Shown: positions 18,865 to 28,017 of the stretch, piece by piece
How the letters are laid out: the number at the start of each line of letters is the position of its first letter
Position numbering within the stretch: position 1 is the stretch's first letter
Assembly: GCA_043778225.1 (NCBI GenBank)
Contig: JAYWGM010000101.1
Span: 64,001 to 128,000 of the forward strand
Length of the DNA stretch: 64,000 nt
Direction: 5' to 3'
Origin: Deinococcales bacterium
GTDB taxonomy: Bacteria > Deinococcota > Deinococci > Deinococcales > JAAFIG01
Notes under the pieces: model-generated
What the model was told of the DNA's origin: nothing
The model's database searches: none
Seen by the model: only the letters and a program-made list of their open reading frames with translations
Made by a program: the position numbers and the translations under genes

Positions 18865-18931
18865 GCGCTGGCTGAGTTTGGCTGCCTCTAGCGCTGGCTG
18901 AGTTTGGCTGCCCTCTAGCGCTGGCTGAGTT
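18865..18931. repeat. Tandem repeat, 26/27-bp period, copying the stop of the 18915 gene
   Basis: gcgctggctgagtttggctgcc(c)tcta at 18865 and 18891, partial copy at 18918. Confidence 0.9.
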
Positions 18932-20360
18932 CGATAATCCAATCAACACTTGGGTTAGCTCGAGCCGCTAAAACATCCAAATGGGTCATGCTGGGTAAAT
19001 TTCGGACATCTATGCTTTGCTGCATTTTTTTCTCGAGTGGCTGATAAGCATTTGATTCGGTCACAATACCGCGCCCACCACGAATTGCCATGACTGGGAT
19101 TTTGGTGCTGCCAATGTGTTGGACTCGCAAGAATTGCCGCGCCCAAGTTGGTGACTCGAGACCAACCGCGCCTATATCTAAACTGAGTCGGGCTGGGAAA
19201 TACCATTCCTGAAAATCGCTTTGCGGGTTGTAAAAACGTGTTGCAAAATCGATCGGGTCGGTCAATTCGGTTGGGTCGGTCTGGCTAGGGATTTCCCACT
19301 CGACCCGTTTTGCACCGTCTGCCACGCCCGTCACCTCGAGTGCAAAACCGCCAACAAACCACGATAAGACATTGATACCGACTTTGGCTTGGCTGGCACG
19401 TCCGGCAGTAATCGCAAAGGCACTGATTAAGGCATATTGGTCATCACCAGAAATCATGGCAGCGGCAAGGTTGCTGGCAGGATACGGCACAACCCCGCCG
19501 GGGCTATCGCCGTTGGGGTCAAAACGCGCCAAAAGCGCGGCTGCACCAAGTTTAGCCAGCCCAGACGGGTCAAAACCAAAGGCACTAAAATACGGCACAT
19601 CTGTACCCGCCTCGAGACCAAGCTGACCCGCGCCACGAATCCCAAAAGGTCCAACCACCCCAGCTTGGTAATCGGCTTGACTTGTGCCGTTTTCGGAGGT
19701 GGTACGCCCAGCCACACCATCGAGCAGCAGGAGCGAATCAATATCTTTGTAGCCGGGTGTGCCGTTAAAATCCCATCCTGCGTACAATGAAACCATGACT
19801 GCGCCAAGGCTATGACCTCCCAGCACGACTTTCTGCCCGTAGGTTCGCGCCAACTGCACCACCCGTCGTAAATCCTCGAGATGCACCTGTAACCCCCAAA
19901 AGCCCATAAATTTTAAGTCTTTCGGGTCTCGAGCCTGAAAACCATTGGGCGCAAAATGGTACTGCCATGCCAGCCTTGGGTTGCGCTTGGTTAGGGCTTC
20001 TTGCAAACGGCTGTGGTCTTCGAGTTGATTGCTGCGGCGGTCGATTGCCCAGACCTCGAGACTTGGGTCTTTGGCGACCATGCTTCGCGCCAAACGGTCA
20101 AAATTGGCTGCACCACCCAAAAAGCCGGGCATCAGTACCACCACGGCTCGAGCTTTGCTGGTTTTGGGCAAGCTATAGCGCACAAAAAAAGCCTTGTCAA
20201 ATTCGTTTGGGGTGTTGGGTTCGTCAAAGCCAGTTATGGTCATGCGCTGGGCTTCTATTACCTCGAGACTTTTTGGCTCTGGGATTTGGGCAGATAGTGG
20301 TTGTATGGCTGGCGCACAGGCTGCCAAAGCCAACAAAGTCAGGAGCAAAAAGCGTTTCAT
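18915..20360 (-). CDS. Alpha/beta-hydrolase lipoprotein
   Basis: LAAC lipobox, GHSLG nucleophile elbow, C-terminal HLD. Confidence 0.8.
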   Translation of the reverse strand: MKRFLLLTLLALAACAPAIQPLSAQIPEPKSLEVIEAQRMTITGFDEPNTPNEFDKAFFVRYSLPKTSKARAVVVLMPGFLGGAANFDRLARSMVAKDPSLEVWAIDRRSNQLEDHSRLQEALTKRNPRLAWQYHFAPNGFQARDPKDLKFMGFWGLQVHLEDLRRVVQLARTYGQKVVLGGHSLGAVMVSLYAGWDFNGTPGYKDIDSLLLLDGVAGRTTSENGTSQADYQAGVVGPFGIRGAGQLGLEAGTDVPYFSAFGFDPSGLAKLGAAALLARFDPNGDSPGGVVPYPASNLAAAMISGDDQYALISAFAITAGRASQAKVGINVLSWFVGGFALEVTGVADGAKRVEWEIPSQTDPTELTDPIDFATRFYNPQSDFQEWYFPARLSLDIGAVGLESPTWARQFLRVQHIGSTKIPVMAIRGGRGIVTESNAYQPLEKKMQQSIDVRNLPSMTHLDVLAARANPSVDWIIELSQR

Positions 20361-20531
20361 GGTCTCGAGTTTACGGGTTTTATCTGAATTCAAATTGAAG
20401 TTGGGTCACACTCAATCTTTGTTGCTCCTTAGCATCTTAGAATTCAAATACAATTAAGTATCATTGCGCCTTGTATCCAGAAAACGTAGAATCGCGGCTC
20501 GAGTTCAAATTTGAACTTTCCGGAGGTACTC

Positions 20532-21779
20532 ATGGCATTAACCGCATCAAAAACCCAAGACATCATTCGCACCGAAACCCAATACGATTCTGGTGTCTAC
20601 AACAAACATAGCATTGTTCTCGAGCGCGGCTTAGGCGCAAAAGTCTGGGATACCGACGGACGCGAGTACATTGATTGCGTGGTCGGAATTAGTGTGGCGA
20701 ACCTTGGTCATAGCCACCCCGAAATTGTCAAAGCAATTCAAGAACAAGCGGCGAAACTGATGGTCTGCCCACAGACCTACCCAAACGACCAACGTTCTGA
20801 GTTTTACGCCGAACTGGTCAGCATTTTGCCCAGCAACCTCACCAGAATTTTCCCGTGTAACAGTGGCGCAGAGGCGATGGAAGCTGCCCTAAAGTTTGCT
20901 CGAGTTGCCACAGGGCGCGAGAAATTTGTTGCCATGAAACGTGGTTTTTCGGGGCGCACGATGGGCGCTTTAAGCCTGACCTACGAACCCAAGTACCGCG
21001 AGCCATTTGGTGGCTTGGTTCACGAGACCAGCTTTGTGGCATTTAACGACCTCGAGCAACTCGAAGCTGCGATAGACGACCAGACAGCCGCCGTGATTAT
21101 CGAGCCAGTCCAAGGCGAAGGCGGAGTTCGCCCAGCCACCCCAGAATTTTTGCGTTTGGCTCGAGCCTTGACCAAAAAGCACGGCGCACTGTTGGTCTTT
21201 GACGAGATTCAATCTGGTTTTTGCCGCACCGGTAAATGGTGGGGGCATCAACACGCTTGCGAACCCGACTGCAACGGCACGTGTGCTTTAAGTAGTGGTT
21301 GTGTGGTGCAACCCGACATCATGACCCTTGCTAAAGCCATCGGCAGTGGTATTCCGCTTGGCGCAATGACCATGACTGCCGAAGTCGCCGACAAAATGCC
21401 CAAAGGCGGACATGGCACAACTTTTGGCGGTAATCCACTCGCCATGGCGGCTGGAATTGCCACGATTAAATACATGAAAAAGCACGACATGGCAGCCCAG
21501 TGTAGCGAATTAGGCGCATACTTTGTTGAAAAATTGCAAGCCATTCAAAGTAAAAAAATTAAAGAAATCCGCGCTAAAGGCTTACTGATTGGGGTAGAAC
21601 TTAAAGAACACAGTGCGCCGTATCTCGAGGCACTCGAGCGCGATCATGCCATTTTGGCATACAGTGCCACGCCTACTGTAATGCGTTTTTTGCCGCCCTT
21701 GGTGATTACCAAAGCCGAAATAGACCAAGTGGTGGCGGCGACCGCACGGGTGCTGCAAGAAGTCAATCCAAAGGGCTAA
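20532..21779 (+). CDS. lysJ: LysW-aminoadipate semialdehyde / acetylornithine transaminase
   Basis: Class III aminotransferase motifs [34 protein letters not shown]; lysK nearby. Confidence 0.85.
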   Translation: MALTASKTQDIIRTETQYDSGVYNKHSIVLERGLGAKVWDTDGREYIDCVVGISVANLGHSHPEIVKAIQEQAAKLMVCPQTYPNDQRSEFYAELVSILPSNLTRIFPCNSGAEAMEAALKFARVATGREKFVAMKRGFSGRTMGALSLTYEPKYREPFGGLVHETSFVAFNDLEQLEAAIDDQTAAVIIEPVQGEGGVRPATPEFLRLARALTKKHGALLVFDEIQSGFCRTGKWWGHQHACEPDCNGTCALSSGCVVQPDIMTLAKAIGSGIPLGAMTMTAEVADKMPKGGHGTTFGGNPLAMAAGIATIKYMKKHDMAAQCSELGAYFVEKLQAIQSKKIKEIRAKGLLIGVELKEHSAPYLEALERDHAILAYSATPTVMRFLPPLVITKAEIDQVVAATARVLQEVNPKG

Positions 21780-21825
21780 ACTCGAGGTCACGACAATCAT
21801 TAACAAGTGTTAGTATGGCGCTGCA

Positions 21826-22743
21826 ATGCTTAGGCAAACACTTCAAGAACAATTCACCCGCCTGATTTGGTGGGTGATGTTTGTTGGCGTTGGGGTCAGC
21901 ACTTTTTCTTATGGGGTGCTTAAACCAGAGAAAAATTTTTACGAGAGTGGTTTACTGCGTGTTTTGCTGGTGCTGGTTTTGGTCTGTATTTGCCGCTTGG
22001 CATTCTGGCATAAACCGTTGTTTGGGGCGGGTTTATTTTTACTTCTGGTCAATTTATCCACGCCTTTTTTAATCAACGGCGGTGTTTTTGATAATCCTTT
22101 TTCGGTGCTCTCTATCTCGAGTTTACCGACGCTATTTTTAAGTATTGTATGGGGTTGGCGCGGTGGATTGCTGGCACTGATGGCATTACTGTCGGTACTT
22201 TTTACCAAATCCAGCAGCGACCTCGAGACAGTTGTGCTTGGCTGGGTGATCATTATCGCCACGGCTTTTTCGGGCAGCCTGATTCACCATCTGATGACCA
22301 ATGTAGACCAAACCCGCACTCGGCTCGAGCAGATGGCAATGAGCGACCCACTGACCAAACTGGGCAACCGTTTTGCCCTCGAAGCCGATTTTACCAAACT
22401 GCTGGGCTTAGGTTACTTATGTATGTGGGATGTCAACGGCTTAAAACGGGTCAATGACGAAAAAGGGCATCATGCTGGCGATGCCTATTTGCTGGCATTT
22501 GTCAAAGCCTATCAAAGCCAATGCCCAGACCGCTTATACCGAGTTGGTGGCGACGAATTTGTTAGTTTTCATAGCGACACAACCGATGTTGCCGAAGTGT
22601 ACGCCAAGGTTCGCCATAAATTTAGCGATGTTTCGGCGGGTTGGGCAGCCTTGCAAAACCGAGACTTGGATGCGGTGCTGCGCCAAGCTGACCGCACAAT
22701 GTACCTCGAGAAAGGTAAACGCATTGCCAGTACCTTTGTGTAA
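21826..22743 (+). CDS. Membrane-bound diguanylate cyclase
   Basis: N-terminal TMs, DPLTKLGNR, DVNGLK.VND..GH..GD, RVGGDEF. Confidence 0.88.
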   Translation: MLRQTLQEQFTRLIWWVMFVGVGVSTFSYGVLKPEKNFYESGLLRVLLVLVLVCICRLAFWHKPLFGAGLFLLLVNLSTPFLINGGVFDNPFSVLSISSLPTLFLSIVWGWRGGLLALMALLSVLFTKSSSDLETVVLGWVIIIATAFSGSLIHHLMTNVDQTRTRLEQMAMSDPLTKLGNRFALEADFTKLLGLGYLCMWDVNGLKRVNDEKGHHAGDAYLLAFVKAYQSQCPDRLYRVGGDEFVSFHSDTTDVAEVYAKVRHKFSDVSAGWAALQNRDLDAVLRQADRTMYLEKGKRIASTFV

Positions 22744-22781
22744 GTGTTACCAGTATCCGTGGGTAAGGTAAACTAAAACCC

Positions 22782-23885
22782 GTGACCGATTTCTACTCGA
22801 GCCAAGACCAAGAATTTATTGCCCTGTTGCGCGAAGCGGTGCAGATTCAGAGCCACAGCACCCAAGAAGCCGATGTCTGCCGTTTTCTGGTGCGCTGGAT
22901 GCACAAACGCGGCTTTCGTGCCGAAATGGACGGGGCGGGCAATGCAGTAGGCGCACGTGGCACTGGCACAAAAGAAGTTGTCTTGTTGGGGCATATTGAC
23001 ACCGTACCGGGCGATATTGAAGTGCGAATCGAAAACAACCAAGCAGGCAAGCTCGAGTTGTGGGGGCGTGGCAGTGTCGATGCCAAAGGACCATTTTGTA
23101 CCTTTGTGGCTGCCGTGAGTTTGTTGTCTCCAGCCGCACTCGAGAAAGCCAAGTTTATTTGTGTGGGCGCGGTCGAAGAAGAAGCCCCTTCCTCTAAAGG
23201 CGCACACCATGCGATTAGTAAATACACTCCAGCCTACTGCATTATTGGCGAACCAAGTGGCTTTGATACGGTCACGCTTGGCTACAAAGGCAGGCTGATT
23301 ATCCGCGCTCGGCTCGAGAAAGACAATTTCCATAGTGCTGGCGCGGACAGCACCGCTCCCGAGGAGATGCTGCGTTTTTTTCAGGCACTCGAGACATGGG
23401 CAGCCGTTTTTAATCAAGACCAACGGCTTTTTGACAGCGTGCAAGTGGCGCTGCAAGCCATCTCGAGCAGCAACGATGGTTTGCGCCAAGGCTGCGAAGC
23501 AACGATTGGTTTTCGTTTGCCACCGCGTTTAAGCCCCGACGAGGCAATGCGCCAACTTGAAGCGGTGCGGCTTGGGCAAAATGTACAAGGACTCAGAATC
23601 AGTTACACTGGGCGCGAAGAACCATACCGAGGTGCAAAAGATACCCCTTTAACCCGAGCTTTTCGGGTGGCGATGCGTGCCAGAGGTATTACCCCACAAC
23701 TGACCTTAAAGACTGGCACTGCCGATATGAATGTGGTTGCACCACTTTGGGATTGTCCAATTCTGGCTTATGGACCCGGCGACAGCACCCTCGACCACAC
23801 CCCAACCGAGCGGCTCGAGATAGACGAATACCTGACGGCTATTTTGGTATTGCGCGATGCTCTGGAGCGGCTGGTTGCAAATTGA
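22782..23885 (+). CDS. lysK: LysW-lysine hydrolase / N-acetyl-lysine deacetylase
   Basis: [40 protein letters not shown]. Confidence 0.9.
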   Translation: MTDFYSSQDQEFIALLREAVQIQSHSTQEADVCRFLVRWMHKRGFRAEMDGAGNAVGARGTGTKEVVLLGHIDTVPGDIEVRIENNQAGKLELWGRGSVDAKGPFCTFVAAVSLLSPAALEKAKFICVGAVEEEAPSSKGAHHAISKYTPAYCIIGEPSGFDTVTLGYKGRLIIRARLEKDNFHSAGADSTAPEEMLRFFQALETWAAVFNQDQRLFDSVQVALQAISSSNDGLRQGCEATIGFRLPPRLSPDEAMRQLEAVRLGQNVQGLRISYTGREEPYRGAKDTPLTRAFRVAMRARGITPQLTLKTGTADMNVVAPLWDCPILAYGPGDSTLDHTPTERLEIDEYLTAILVLRDALERLVAN

Positions 23886-26800
23886 GGTTTTGACTGCGTG
23901 GTAAAAATACCGATTCGATGTGGGTATACGAAAGGCTTGCCAGGCTGTAACTCGCCAGCCATACAAAAGCACAAATGGCTGCCCAATGCCAAGGGTCTTG
24001 GATGCCACCATATCTGAAATCAGAGTTGTGCAGTAAGCGCACCAACTCGAGAATCAGGTAATGCCAAATATAAATCCCAAAGGATAATTTGGCGGTATAG
24101 CGACTGAATGGATTATCAAGAATTTTTGGCAAGCGTACCGAAAAAGCAGCGCTAAATAAAAGCAGCCCAATTAAACTTGGGAAGATCGGAAAAGCATACG
24201 GCTGGCTTCCAAGACTCCAAGCAAATTCTGGGCTATAGCGGGTTGCCCAGACCCATGCAGCAATCAAAACCATGCTGGCGATTGCCAGATAATCGAAGGT
24301 TCTCGAGCGCGGTCGCTGCTGACGTAAACAGATTGCCCCAGCACACAGCACCCCGATAATATAGTGCGAAAACCAGCCAAGCGGGTTGTAATTGGGCATC
24401 CAGAATTTAGCGCCACCAATTAAGCCATATTGCCAGCCACGTTGGTCATTGTCTGGGACAAGATGATTGAGAATCCAAAAATGCGCCAGAAGCGTCAACA
24501 GTAAAACCGCAATCCAGTAGGCAAAGGCAAGGGTTGGGCTGCTGTTGGCGGCTTTGGTCTGAAAAGTTTTGCGAATTGTTTTGGTGGTGACAATTTGTGT
24601 ATCGCCTCTGGTGATGGTGCGCTTATGGGTGATTTGCCAAATTGGGCGGACTCGAGCAATCGCAAACAAGCCAAGCATAAAAAGTGGCATCAGGGCATAG
24701 CAAACCACTTCAAAACCAATGCTCCAAAGTGGACCATTTAATTCGGTTGGAAAAAAAGTCACGTAGTGAAAAGCACTGCTAAAAGTCAAACCAGAGACCA
24801 AACGCAACCACATTTGTTCGCCAGGCTCGAGGCTGCGGGCAACCAAAAAGCTGACAATCAGGGCGACATAAAACCCAGGGGCAATCCTTAAAAAACGGCG
24901 TTTGGCATACTCGAGTAGGCTTGGTGCAGCTTGAGCCGTATAATAGCGTTTCCAAAAAGGCAAAGACAAAAGCATTCCAGACAGCACAAAAAAAGCACTG
25001 ACCCCATAGCCACCAGCCATTAAAAATTGCTTAATCTCGAGTAACCATTTGGGAATGTTCTCGGGGCTTAAACGCTGCCCCAAATGACTCCAGACCACCG
25101 CTAGGCAAGCCACAGTTCGCACAAAATCTGCGCCATCCAAAAGACGGGCGCTACCAGACTCGAGTATTGTTGTTTTGAAATCAAACAGTTTTCGTTCGGC
25201 AACCAAACCAAAACCTCGAGCCAGTTGCGGTGCGAAAAACAATAAAATCAGAATGCTCGGGAGGGTGCTGATGGCACTGGCAAGTAAAAAACCTTGGCTG
25301 TTACTCAAAAATCCCAGCACTTGGGGAATGACTCGGGTCATTTCGCTCCGCAGCATTAAGGTTGCCACATCGAGTTGATTCCAAGTGCTGATAAAAGTCA
25401 GGACAGCAATCGTTATTAAGACTGGAGTCATTAAAGGAACGGCAATTCGGGTGTAAATGGTTTGGTTGCTTGCGCCGTCCACCCGCGCTGCTTCGATTAG
25501 GGATTTTGGAATGGCGTGTAAGCAAAATTGGCGCACCAGAAAAACACCAATCGCACTGTATGAAGCTGGCAACCAAATGGTTCTGGGGGTGTCGATCCAA
25601 TCCAAAAGCCGCATTTGCATCAGGTGCGGAATGGCGCTGGACAAAGCTGGAAAGACCATGGCAATCAAAACCACCAAAAACAATTGACGTTTATAGGGAA
25701 ACTCGAGCGCCGCAAAAGCAAATCCTGCCAAGCTGCTGGTCAGCACCGCCCCAAAGGCAGCGAGGCTCGAGATATAGAGGCTGTTCCAGAGGTTGCGCCA
25801 AAACATCGGCATATCGCGTTGTAATGCCTCGTAATTACTGCCTAAGTCTTGCCCAAAAGCTAAACTCAGCCCTGAATTATTCTGGCTCGAGCCAAATAAA
25901 CTGTTCAAAAAATCGCGCCAGAAGCCAACGCCATCGCGCATGGCTGCCAAGTCAAGATTAAAATTGCGGCTGGATGGCAACTCAAAACTCGAGCCATTTT
26001 GGGTGGTCTGAAAAAAAAGCGCAATCAGTGGGAAAACACTGAGCAACACAACAAAGACCATGAATAGTTTAATCAAAATAACATTGATGCGCGGCAAATT
26101 GAGCGGAGCATGGTCAGACTCGAGGCTGGCAGGGCTTTCTAAGCCAGTAAAGTTGCGCCCAAAAGCAAAATACGCCATGCCGACCAACAGCATCAGCACC
26201 AATAAAAATACCCATGTCTGGGCGGCTGCCATCGAAAAATTGGTGTAATGAAAAGCAGTCCCAAAAATAAACCCAGGCAGTTTTGCACTTTCAAAATTTG
26301 AGTAATCTGCCCGCCAAGCATTGGCTTGTAGGCGTTGGACAATGCTGATACTGACCGCCACAAAAATCATCGGTCGCATCAAAGGAAAAGCGAGGCTGCC
26401 AAGTTGCCGCCAAAAACCTGCTCCATCCAATTGGGCTGCCTCGAGCATACTGCGTGGCACACTGGACAACGCCATCAGGTAAAGCAAAATATTCCAGCCA
26501 AAACCAATCCAGATTGCCGAAAAAATCTGCAAACCCGAAGCTGGTATTTGCAAACCGACCAGACCAAGCAAGTCGTTTAAGGGATTACTAAACAACAAAA
26601 AAAAGAAACTCAGCCCACTCGAGACCGCCACTGGGGCGACCAGCATCGGCACAAGCAGCAAACCACCCAGCGAAGCCAACGCTCGGCGCAAAACCAAATG
26701 GATTGCAAACGCCGCAGGAATGGCAATGGCGTGCTGTAAAACCAAAGCTGGTAAAGCCTCGAGTAAAGAGCGCAGCAACGCCAACCAAAAAGCTGGGTCG

Positions 26801-27015
26801 GTAAAAACAAAGCCATAAAAACGCAAGCCACGAAAGTAAAATTCGCCTGTGCCTTGAATTGGATCCCACAAAAAAACCGAAATAAAGAAGGTAAACAGCA
26901 AACTAAAAATTCCAAAACCAATAAAAAGCACAAAAAAAGGCAGCACAAAAAAAGTACCGCTCGAGATTTTCGCTCGAGCCAAGGGTTTTGTAGCCGTGGG
27001 CAGGGTTTGAATCAT
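23839..27015 (-). CDS. Fusion of MalF-like permease, MalG-like permease and acyltransferase-3 (OafA-like) domain
   Basis: Two EAA loops ([16 protein letters not shown]), then [47 protein letters not shown] in one open frame. Confidence 0.8.
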   Translation of the reverse strand: MIQTLPTATKPLARAKISSGTFFVLPFFVLFIGFGIFSLLFTFFISVFLWDPIQGTGEFYFRGLRFYGFVFTDPAFWLALLRSLLEALPALVLQHAIAIPAAFAIHLVLRRALASLGGLLLVPMLVAPVAVSSGLSFFFLLFSNPLNDLLGLVGLQIPASGLQIFSAIWIGFGWNILLYLMALSSVPRSMLEAAQLDGAGFWRQLGSLAFPLMRPMIFVAVSISIVQRLQANAWRADYSNFESAKLPGFIFGTAFHYTNFSMAAAQTWVFLLVLMLLVGMAYFAFGRNFTGLESPASLESDHAPLNLPRINVILIKLFMVFVVLLSVFPLIALFFQTTQNGSSFELPSSRNFNLDLAAMRDGVGFWRDFLNSLFGSSQNNSGLSLAFGQDLGSNYEALQRDMPMFWRNLWNSLYISSLAAFGAVLTSSLAGFAFAALEFPYKRQLFLVVLIAMVFPALSSAIPHLMQMRLLDWIDTPRTIWLPASYSAIGVFLVRQFCLHAIPKSLIEAARVDGASNQTIYTRIAVPLMTPVLITIAVLTFISTWNQLDVATLMLRSEMTRVIPQVLGFLSNSQGFLLASAISTLPSILILLFFAPQLARGFGLVAERKLFDFKTTILESGSARLLDGADFVRTVACLAVVWSHLGQRLSPENIPKWLLEIKQFLMAGGYGVSAFFVLSGMLLSLPFWKRYYTAQAAPSLLEYAKRRFLRIAPGFYVALIVSFLVARSLEPGEQMWLRLVSGLTFSSAFHYVTFFPTELNGPLWSIGFEVVCYALMPLFMLGLFAIARVRPIWQITHKRTITRGDTQIVTTKTIRKTFQTKAANSSPTLAFAYWIAVLLLTLLAHFWILNHLVPDNDQRGWQYGLIGGAKFWMPNYNPLGWFSHYIIGVLCAGAICLRQQRPRSRTFDYLAIASMVLIAAWVWATRYSPEFAWSLGSQPYAFPIFPSLIGLLLFSAAFSVRLPKILDNPFSRYTAKLSFGIYIWHYLILELVRLLHNSDFRYGGIQDPWHWAAICAFVWLASYSLASLSYTHIESVFLPRSQNLNLQPAAPEHRAIPK

Positions 27016-27986
27016 GGTTGTAGGATTTTGGCAAAAAACGTGAGTTTCTCGAGTCCCTGAATACTTTGCCCACCTTCGTGATTGTTGTACGGATAGACCC
27101 GAATTTCTTTTTGCCCTGCATGGTGGTTATAGGCGGCGTAAACCGTACTTGGTGGGCAGATGTCGTCCATCAGTCCAACGCTGTAGAGGGCGGGTATGTT
27201 GGTGCGCTTGGCAAAATTAATTCCATCAAAATAACTCAGGGTGGTAAAAACTTGCTCGAGTTGGTCGCGGTGAATTTTTAAGTAGGCACTGATTTCACCG
27301 TAAGGATGAGTCGCCACGATTTCGGTTGCCCGACGGTAATGGCATAAAAACGGCACATCTGGAGCAAGTGCTTGGACTGACTCGAGCGCCGCCGCCGCAA
27401 TCGCCATACCACCGCCTTGACTGCCGCCAGTCACGGCAATGCGGCTTGGGTCAATCATGCTTAAATGCTTGGCAGTTTCGATGGCTCGCACCGCATCGGC
27501 AAAAACCCGACGGTAATAATAGGTGCTTTGGTGGGTGATGCCCTTGGTCATAAAGCCGGGATAATGCCCGTTCTGGGAGGCAACGTCTTCAAGGTCTGGG
27601 GTGTCGCCAGAACTCCAATTGCTGCCTTGTCCTCGAGTGTCCATAAACAGGTGGGCATAGCCAGCACTGGCAAAAAACAGCAAATCGTGGGCTTGGTTAC
27701 GCCCGCCGCCATAGCCATTAAATTCAACAATGCAGGGTATTTTTTCGGGTCGGTGACGTGGCAAACTGAGCCAGGCTTTAATCGGTTGCCCGTTGTATCC
27801 CGAAAAAGTCAGGTCGTAACTTTCGATTGTCTGCATTGGGGTGGCATAAGGTAGGCATTGGATTTTTAGATCGTGGGATCGAGTTTCTAAAAGCGTGTTT
27901 TCCCAAAAAGCGTCAAAATCGCTTGGCTCGAGAACATCAGGGCGATACTGCTCGAGTTGGCTCAGGGGTAAGTCAAATAATGGCAT
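27012..27986 (-). CDS. CE7 acetylxylan esterase / cephalosporin-C deacetylase
   Basis: PSDFDAFW, RGQ, GGSQGG, D.ICPPST, HE catalytic motifs. Confidence 0.92.
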   Translation of the reverse strand: MPLFDLPLSQLEQYRPDVLEPSDFDAFWENTLLETRSHDLKIQCLPYATPMQTIESYDLTFSGYNGQPIKAWLSLPRHRPEKIPCIVEFNGYGGGRNQAHDLLFFASAGYAHLFMDTRGQGSNWSSGDTPDLEDVASQNGHYPGFMTKGITHQSTYYYRRVFADAVRAIETAKHLSMIDPSRIAVTGGSQGGGMAIAAAALESVQALAPDVPFLCHYRRATEIVATHPYGEISAYLKIHRDQLEQVFTTLSYFDGINFAKRTNIPALYSVGLMDDICPPSTVYAAYNHHAGQKEIRVYPYNNHEGGQSIQGLEKLTFFAKILQP

Positions 27987-28017
27987 GATTGGTCATCTCC
28001 TGTAGGCAGTGTAGCCG

